A DNA stretch of 64,000 nucleotides from Eledone cirrhosa (taxonomy: Eukaryota), in the NCBI GenBank assembly GCA_964016885.1, contig OZ024750.1, positions 40,920,001-40,984,000 on the forward strand, in the 5' to 3' direction. The stretch's first letter is position 1; each line of letters starts with the position of its first letter. Below the pieces are notes generated by a model that was not told the DNA's origin, did not search any database, and was given only the letters and a program-made list of their open reading frames with translations. Position numbers and translations under genes: made by a program. This document shows positions 56,190-64,000 of the stretch, piece after piece.

Positions 56190-56463
56190 ATATATATAGT
56201 TGGTTCATTGTGTATTATATATATATATAATTGTTTCTACTTTAGGCACAAGGCCAGCAATTACCCAGTGCATTACTGGTACTTTATTTTATCGACCCCG
56301 TAAGGATATATAATGTTAGTTCACTATATATAATATATAGTTACTATATATTGTATATATATATTGTTGGTTCACTGTATATTATATATATATATATATA
56401 GTTGGTTCATTGTATATTTATATATATATATATGGTTCATTGTATATTATGTATATATATATA

Positions 56464-56720
56464 TGGAGGCACATGGCTTAGTGGCTAGAGCATTGGGCTT
56501 GCAATCGAAAGGTTGTGAGTTCAATTCTCGGACCGGCTGATGTGTTGTTTCCTTGTAAAGTGGTCGTGGAGGTGCCACGGAAAAGAGCACCCAGCACTCA
56601 CTGTAAATGAGGTTGGTGTTAGGAAGTGCATCCAGCTGTAGAAATCAAGCCAGAATCAGTTCCCGTCCTACCCTTGCAAGCAGGGAAAAGTGGACGTAAA
56701 ATGATGATGATGATGATGAT
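56464..56720 (+). mobile_element. SINE family 2 copy with central (CORE) deletion
   Basis: Head joins directly to the 3' part at TTCCT/TGTAAAGTGG; (GAT)n tail. Confidence 0.85.
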
Positions 56721-56861
56721 ATAGTTGGTTCACTGTATATTATTTATATATATATATATATATATATAGTTGGTTCACTATATATTATATATATATATGT
56801 TAGTTCACTGTATATTATATATAGTTACCATATATAGATATATTGTTAGTTCACTGTCTAT

Positions 56862-56913
<52 letters not shown>

Positions 56914-57077
56914 TCATCATCGTTTAACGTCCATCTTCCACGCTAGCATGGGTTAGACGGTTTTGTTCCATTTGATGTGGACACCATGTCTTGCTTACAC
57001 GGAAGCATCTCTGGCAGGTGGATGCCCTTCCTAACACCAACCTCATTTGTTGGTTCACTGTATATCATATATAGTTG

Positions 57078-57112
<35 letters not shown>

Positions 57113-57184
57113 TATAATTGTTAGTTTACTGTATATTACATATAGTTGCTATAGAACCAACTGAATATCTTTATCATTGTTAAC

Positions 57185-57550
57185 ACTATTAGTATTCATC
57201 ATGATCACTATTTAACAACCATTGTTCCACACTTGCATGGGTTAGACAGGTCGTTCCCAGAACAGCTTCTCTCCACTTCTCATTGTGTTCTCTTGTCGTC
57301 TCCTCCATGAGTTTTAGTGATCTGAAATCAGCTCTCACCACTTCCAGCCATGTCTTCCTTGGTCTTCCTCACCTGCAGCTTCCTTCCACTGGGATGTCAC
57401 TTCTTCACCCAGCAATCATCATCCAGACACACCACATATCCACACCAGCACCATCTCCTCTCCTACACACTATTTCTCATTCCTCTTATACCCAGTTTCT
57501 CACTCAGTTCATCCAGTCGTTGTTGTTCTCACACATTAACATTATTACAT
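57185..57550 (-). mobile_element. Degenerate RTE LINE 3' fragment
   Basis: Similar to 42410-42662 (GAAATCAGCTCTCAC..CTTCCTTGGTC..GCAGCTTCCTTCCACTGGGAT). Confidence 0.72.
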
Positions 57551-57567
57551 ATTAACTATTACCTAGA

Positions 57568-57790
57568 GGGCGGTGGATTGGCAGTATCGGTAGAGGGTCG
57601 GACGCCATGCTTTGACGCATAGAGTTACAGCTCTTTATGATCTGAGCTCAAATCCCGCCAAGGTTAACTTTGCCTTTCATCCTTATGGGGTCGATAAAAT
57701 AAAGTACCAGTCACGCACTGGGGGCGATTTAATCAACTTTCCCCTCTCCCCAAATTACTGGCCTTGTGCCTATATAAGAAACCATTATTA
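57568..57790 (+). mobile_element. SINE family 1 copy (long variant)
   Basis: Full head GGCGGTGGATTGGCAGTATCGG; extra GGGGCGATTTAATCAAC..CCCC segment. Confidence 0.87.
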
Positions 57791-58234
57791 CATACTAACT
57801 ATTACCTACTAAACAATATCTAACTAATACTAATGATATCATAGTACTGAATCTTATCTCTTTGTTAATATTTCATATTATATTTGAAAGTTTTTGTTAA
57901 GTCTTGTACAATATTTCTACTGTAGAATATGACTTGTACAATATTTCTATTGCGGAAGTATTTTCTTTCAAATCAACTTGATATTAATCATCATACAGAC
58001 ATATCTCTCATTATATTCCACAAGAAGTCTACATTTTTTCTTCTTTTTGGCCCATTTCAACTTATTCTGAAAAATAAACATTTTTTTAATGTGCCATACA
58101 TATTGTAATTCTGTAAATGAAAGTGAAATATCATGTTTACATTTTCTTCATTTAACTTTTCTTATTTTTCTATTTTATCTGTATTATTACTGAATTATCA
58201 ACTAATAGAAACTGGAGCAAAATATTTTGAGAAT

Positions 58235-58690
58235 TCTATGACAATATTAAGCCTATAGTCCATGACAATATTAAACCTATATTCTACGACAATATCTAAG
58301 ACTATAGTCTACGACAATATCTAAGACTATAGTCTATGACAATATTAAGCCTATACTCTATGACAATATCTAAGCCTATACTCTATGACAATATCTAAGC
58401 CTATATTTTATGACAATATTAAGCCTATATTCTATGACAATATTAAGCCTATATTCTATGACAATATTTAAGCCTATATTCTATGACAATATTTAAGCCT
58501 ATATTCTATGGCAATATTTTAGCCTATATTCTATGGCAATATTTTAGCCTATATTCTATGACAATATCTAAGCCTATATTCTATGACAATATCTAAGCCT
58601 ATATTCTATGACAATATCTAAGCCTATATTCTATGACAATATCTAAGCCTATAGTCTATGACAATATTTAAGCCTATAGTCTATGACAAT
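58235..58690. repeat. 24-25-bp minisatellite
   Basis: CTATGACAATAT(C/T)TAAGCCTATATT tandem units. Confidence 0.95.
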
Positions 58691-58883
58691 GGCTGTCATC
58701 ATGTAATATACCATGCATCTGGCAAGCCAAACGGTTAGTGGAACATTTATGGCCATTGATAGTTCTCAGATCTTGGAAATACTGTGGTCCCCTAACCTCA
58801 AACAATGACGATAAGCTGTCCGTGCTTTCGTGAAATAAATAGGTTTTTGTTTTTGTGTATGCACAAATATCTGTACACGAATA

Positions 58884-59419
58884 TCTATATATCTAAAATA
58901 AAGAATCTCTGTCTGACTCCCTAAAACTCGAGAACCACCCAACCGATTGTTTTCAAACTTTACACATGTAATACTTATGGTCCTGTGAGTGTTTTGAGTA
59001 AAAGATAGTTCAAATTTTCAATGCCCTAGGGACCGCATTAGGCGATTTAGTGATCTCACTCTATAATTCTTAGTCTTTCTTTTTAGATAGATACATAGAT
59101 ATAACGTTGCACCCTTATAATATCTGTCTGTATGTCTGGCTGTCTGCATTACGACATTATGATGCTATATGTGTGTGTGTGTGTATATATATAGTGTGTG
59201 TATATGTATATATATAGTGTGTGTATATATATATAGTGTTTAACGTTTTTCGAAATATTTACTTCTGCGTTCACAGATTGATTTTTTTAGTTTCAGAAGA
59301 TCGTTAAGGGTGAAAGCAGCGATTCTTTGCTTAAACTTTAATCTGGCTTGTAATATCTGTCTGTATGTCTGGCTGTCTGTATTATGACATTATGACGGCA
59401 GTCAGCTTTATATTATAGA
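58884..59419. mobile_element. Non-autonomous Helitron-like sequence(s)
   Basis: + strand A/TCTATATATCTAAAA..CTGTCTG..CTAAAACTCGAGAAC..AACCGATT..AAACTTT resembles invertebrate Helitron-N 5' ends; a second A/TCTATAATATAAAG terminus faces it on the - strand. Confidence 0.45.
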
Positions 59420-59604
59420 TATAACAAAAATAATATTCGGGTAAAATATATTTTATAACACCCCTAAAAGTGTTTCTCCTCAGTAAAGAACTAACTTCCA
59501 TGAAAGAATTTTACACATATATATCATCTATCGACAATATGACACACGTCAGTATAGTTTAATAAAATGGAAGTTCTCTGATCATTATTTTACAAATGTA
59601 TTTA

Positions 59605-59795
59605 TCTTAGTGGTTAGAGTCAGATTTGCAATCATGAGATTGTGAGTTTGGTTCCTGCACCAGGTGATGTGTTATGTCCTTGAGCAAGACACTTTATTTC
59701 ACGTTGCTCTTTCTGGAGTTGCAACTGGTAGATGGTATCAGCAATGGAAAAAAACACCAATGGAAACATTGTTTCCTTGGTCCAATTTGATGAGT
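59605..59795 (+). mobile_element. Diverged copy of the SINE at 9073-9295
   Basis: Shared GTCCTTGAGCAAGACACTTTATTTCACGTTGCTC..GAGTTGC..AACATTGTTTC..GGTCC. Confidence 0.8.
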
Positions 59796-59977
59796 TCCAA
59801 CCTACTTTGTAAGTGAATGGAGTTTGGGATCTAGTTGATTGGTTCCTCCTAAGTTTTATCTTAATTTTACCCTCATCTTCAATAATAATAATAATAATAA
59901 TAATAATCTTTTTTCTCTATATTCCAGAAAACAGCCTGTCCTTGTTGTTGCATCTTCCTGTGTTCTTATCCTACAAT

Positions 59978-60026
59978 CTACCAAGCAATTGTCTTCTGTC
60001 TAATCAGAGCTTGAAGTTGACGCAGT
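59978..60026 (-). CDS. Candidate terminal coding exon of an unidentified host gene
   Basis: Strong acceptor TTATTTCCTTTTCTGCAG; reads LRQLQALIRQKTIAW* or TASTSSSD*. Confidence 0.4.
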
Positions 60027-60129
60027 CTGCAGAAAAGGAAATAAATAAATAAGTTCTTTACTAAAATAATGGAGAAAAAAAAAATAATACTAACATTTAA
60101 TTATCTATCTATCTTTATGTAGATGTGCA

Positions 60130-60167
<38 letters not shown>

Positions 60168-60168
60168 A

Positions 60169-60235
<67 letters not shown>

Positions 60236-60944
60236 TCTTCTTTTTCTTTTTTGAAATTTAGTAGCCAGAAAAATTTGTTTGTTAATCTAAAGCTGTTTAT
60301 TTAAATGTCTACAGATGTGTACCCTTGACCTCGGGAGAGGTTAAGATTTTAGATAATGGTAACTTTCTGCTACACACATCTAGTGGATAATAATATAAAA
60401 AGGATAATAATATAAAAACGGTAACTGACAACAACACATTACAATAATGTTTATACTAGTATAGCAGTTTAAAATAGTTTTAAAAAAAGAGTCCAGGCCT
60501 TTTGGACATTAGTCTTTCAGAGGAAAGTATATATATATATATATATATGTATGTATATATATGTGTATATATATATGTATATATATATGTATATATATAT
60601 ATGTATATATATGTATATATATATATATATATAGTGTTTATTGCTTTTTGTTTTAAATAAATTTCAAAGTGTATTTTTTTCTCTTTGTTGTCTTTGTAAA
60701 AGTATATATCTTATAAATGCACCAAGTGTTTAAGGCCTTCACCTTTGTTGAAGCAAGGATTGCTCTTGTGGGGTCCATGAAATGGAGGTCTTTTAGGAGC
60801 AATGTTTTAAAGTCGGGTCCCTTTTTGATGCCAACCCTTTTAGTCATATGTTACAACATGCTGGGATACAGGATGTCTATTCTAAACCAGATAACTTTGA
60901 TAGGTTTCAACCAGTATTGGCCATGTCTTACTTCATGACACCAC

Positions 60945-61016
60945 CTGGCAAATATTTCCTTCTGTTTCCTCCGGGCCAAGTGAAGGGGAAGAGGTTCTTG
61001 ATTGAGGACGTAACTC
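60945..61016 (-). CDS. Candidate 72-nt internal exon of the same gene
   Basis: Acceptor TTTTATACAG, donor CAG/GTGGTG (alternative GTAAGA 11 nt further on); frames SYVLNQEPLPLHLARRKQKEIFAR or ELRPQSRTSSPSLGPEETEGNICQ. Confidence 0.4.
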
Positions 61017-61149
61017 CTGTATAAAATTATTCTCACACAATTTTGATTCTTACTCCTAATATTACTAATATTATTACTTTCTTTATTAATATGAACATCA
61101 CAACCTCTTATCTTTTCCCTCTTGATGTTGTTTGTTGGATCCTACACAA

Positions 61150-61295
61150 ACTACATGTCATGTGACTCATGTCATGTGACCTACAAACACCTACATATCA
61201 TATGGCCTACACATATCTACATGTCATGTGACCTACAAACATCTACATATCATGTGACTTATGTCATGTGACCTACAAGCACCTACATGTCGTAT
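61150..61295. repeat. Short degenerate CTACATGTCATGTGACCTACAAAC minisatellite
   Basis: Direct inspection. Confidence 0.8.
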
Positions 61296-61997
61296 CAGAA
61301 CAATACTGTAACACCATTTTAAAATCTTGTTTGTTTTTTTGTGTTTTTTTCTTCACCTGGAACCAAACAAACCCAAAATCTAGAAATCCAATAATATTAC
61401 ATCTTCATTGATCAGCTGACAATTCCTAAATAATGGACGACTAATCACCTCCAGACTTCAATCAAAGAATGCTGCCATATTAAATGGCATTGAGAGATAA
61501 AAAAAAAGAAAGAAGAAAAAGATGAATTTGTTTTCATCCACCAAAGTTAATGAGGCTGGTTATCATTCATTAACATTAATTAGCCAGAAAATTAAGTCTA
61601 GAACTTGTTACTTGATAATTAGTGGAAGATATGTGATTGGTGTCCTGTCACTTATAATTCTTCTGTCTGTGGCCAAGATGTTAATTTAAAGTATTAAGTT
61701 TAATGTATCCTATGGGTATATCTTGGAGAGAGAAAGAGCTAGGTTCTGACTGGCTAAATCTTTGGAACTGTCTCTATATTACAATGGAAGGACACTAGAG
61801 TCCATAAATTATAGAAGATTCAAGACAATTAACAAAGAATTAATTTTACCTAGCTAAGAACATTTATTTGGTGGTGGATTCAAGTTTTGGAAACTACTAC
61901 TGTCAATTCATTTTTCTTTCTATCCAATCACCCAGCTTTAGATAGCAAGTGAGATAACAAATAAGAAAGGTGTTAGACATATTGTATGATGGAAATA

Positions 61998-62153
61998 ATG
62001 TGAAATTCCGTTATAACGAAATTCACAGGGTATATAAAAAAAATTTCATTGTAACAAAAAATTCTTTATAATGAGATCGATCGTTTGTTATTACCTCAAG
62101 GAATGAAAAAAATTTTGTTATACTGAAAATTTCATTATAAGGGAATTTTACTT
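61998..62153. mobile_element. pogo/Tigger-like MITE
   Basis: Imperfect TIRs GTGAAATTCCGTTATAACGAAATT ... AATTTCATTATAAGGGAATTTTAC. Confidence 0.62.
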
Positions 62154-62406
62154 GTATGGGGTGAGCATAAAGTCTTTCCTTGATTATAAACCTTTATTAA
62201 GTAACACAAACAAGACAGAAAAACAGTTTTTGGCCCACTTATGGCATGTCTAGAGGTTTGTTTCATTCACACCTGAATTTCAGTGAACTTTAACATGGGC
62301 CCTCCTTGTCACTTGGAGTATATCTAAGTGATATTCAATTTCATGCCATGTGTTCTGAAGCAGATGGTATTTTATAATCAAGAAAAGTCTTTCTGCTCAC
62401 CTTGTA
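62154..62406 (-). mobile_element. Internally deleted Tc1/mariner element
   Basis: TIRs GGTGAGCATAAAGTCTTTCCTTGATTATAAA / TTTATAATCAAGAAAAGTCTTTCTGCTCACC-TTGTA; 62280-62363 (-) encodes LLQNTWHEIEYHLDILQVTRRAHVKVH*, like a transposase C-terminus. Confidence 0.75.
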
Positions 62407-62491
62407 TTAAATCAGGCCACTAGTATAAATGATCCTTGTAGCCATTGGTTTTTTAGTAAACTTAATAGTTACATGTCTGTAAAACAAATCA

Positions 62492-62682
62492 ATAATTGTT
62501 TCTACTTTAGGCACAAGGCCAGCAAATATCCAGTACATTGCTGGTACTTTATTTTATCGACCCCGTAAGGATGAAAGGCAAAGTCAACCTCGGCAGGATT
62601 TGAACTCAGATCGTAAAGGGACGTAACTATGCTGGAAAGCATGGCGTCCGACCCTCTACCGATACTGCCAATCCACCGCCAT
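62492..62682 (-). mobile_element. SINE family 1 copy
   Basis: Matches family consensus. Confidence 0.87.
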
Positions 62683-63007
62683 TGACAAATAAATAATATA
62701 TGTGCCTTACTCTCCTAAGGTGTGATCTACAATTTAATTAAAATATAGCAAGAGGGTCATGCTAGTGCCATGATAAGCAGTACCTCATCTACCCTCTAGA
62801 TGGCAGTGTGCTATGACAGGAAACACTGAGTCTATACTGTAAAGTGATTGTACTAGTGCCACTACAAAAAGCACCCAGTCCACACTGTGAGGTGACTGGT
62901 GTCAGGAAAGACATCCAACCATAGAAAATCAAACCTAAAATGGAGTGTGTGAGCAAGGCATGATCACCTGACTTGCCTGGCCTCACACCATGACAGACTG
63001 TCTAACC

Positions 63008-63140
63008 CAGGCATGTCAAACATGCGGCCCTTTACAAGCTCACCTGCGGCCCGCACAAAGGTTTTTACAACAGGAGCATATTTTATCTTCGTGATATAAA
63101 ATTAAAAAAATTGTTGTAATGTGTGCAATTAGTTGTTTTA
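63008..63140 (+). mobile_element. hAT-like transposon left end
   Basis: CAGGCATGTCAAAC terminus followed by repeated TGCGGCCC subterminal motifs. Confidence 0.6.
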
Positions 63141-64000
63141 TGTGGCCCTCAGACAACACATATGTGACTCATGTGGCCCTCAGACAACACATATGTGACT
63201 CATGTGGCCCTCAGACAACACATATGTGACTCATGTGGTCCTCAGACAACACATATGTGACACATGTGGCCCTCAGACAACACATATGTGACTCATGTGG
63301 CCCTCAGACAACACATATGTGACACATGTGGCCCTCAGACAACACATATGTGACTCATGTGGTCCTCAGACAACACATATGTGACCCATGTGGCCCTCAG
63401 ACAACACATATGTGACTCATGTAGCTCTCAGACAACACATATGTGACACATGTGGCCCTCAGACAACACATATGTGACACATGTGGCCCTCAGACAACAC
63501 ATATGTGACCCACGTGGCCCTCAGACAACACAAGTGACCCATGTAGCCCTCAGACAACACATATGTGACTCATGTGGCCCTCAGACAACACATATGTGAC
63601 ACATGTGGCCCTCAGACAACACATATGTGACTCATGTGGCCCTCAGACAACACATATGTGACACATGTGGCCCTCAGACAACACATATGTGACTCATGTG
63701 GTCCTCAGACAACACATATGTGACCCATGTGGCCCTCAGACAACACATATGTGACTCATGTAGCTCTCAGACAACACATATGTGACACATGTGGCCCTCA
63801 GACAACACATATGTGATACATGTGGCCCTCAGACAACACATATGTGACCCATGTGGCCCTCAGACAACACATGTGACCCATGTAGCCCTCAGACAACACA
63901 TATGTGACTCATGTGGCCCTCAGACAACACATGTGATCCATGTGGCCCTCAGACAACACATATGTGACACATGTGGCCCTCAGACAACACATATGTGACA
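63140..64000. repeat. 30-bp minisatellite running off the window end
   Basis: ATGTGGCCCTCAGACAACACATATGTGAC(T/A/C)C tandem units. Confidence 0.97.

Larger units (their letters stand above)
54760..57150. repeat. Dispersed TAGTTGGTTCACTGTATA/(TA)n compound repeat in both orientations, interrupted by inserts
   Basis: Unit at 54760-55070, 56190-56450 and 56720-57150. Confidence 0.75.

Noticed and set aside
59813-60052. Plus-strand exon after TTCTCTATATTCCAG
   Set aside because: No donor, and it overlaps a better supported minus-strand acceptor; cannot be supported from sequence alone

Overview
Eukaryotic, highly repetitive DNA. The SINE/LINE repertoire and abundant (TA)n/(CA)n/(CAT)n suggest a cephalopod (octopus-like) genome; this is an inference. 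The only long intact coding unit is an apparently full-length L1/Tx1-group non-LTR retrotransposon on the minus strand (~14192-19735; ORF1 with a CCHC knuckle, ORF2 with APE-RT-zinc finger). It is embedded on both sides in (TA)n/(TAGA)n, with two further 3'-end copies in the same microsatellite. The most notable hidden signal is a dispersed set of about ten type-I hammerhead ribozyme motifs from several unrelated sequence families. Most sit next to (TA)n tracts and inside inverted duplications. They are often followed by AATAAA and a shared GTATTGAGTAC motif, which is the footprint expected of Penelope-like element pLTRs or retrozymes. One motif has a U3-A8 core covariation. Also present: two tRNA-derived SINE families, RTE LINE 3' fragments sharing a tail with one SINE, TTAA-flanked piggyBac-like MITEs, mariner/pogo/hAT/Helitron remnants, and many mini/satellites, several born inside TEs. 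A few weak host exon candidates exist. All folding and alignments were done by eye.
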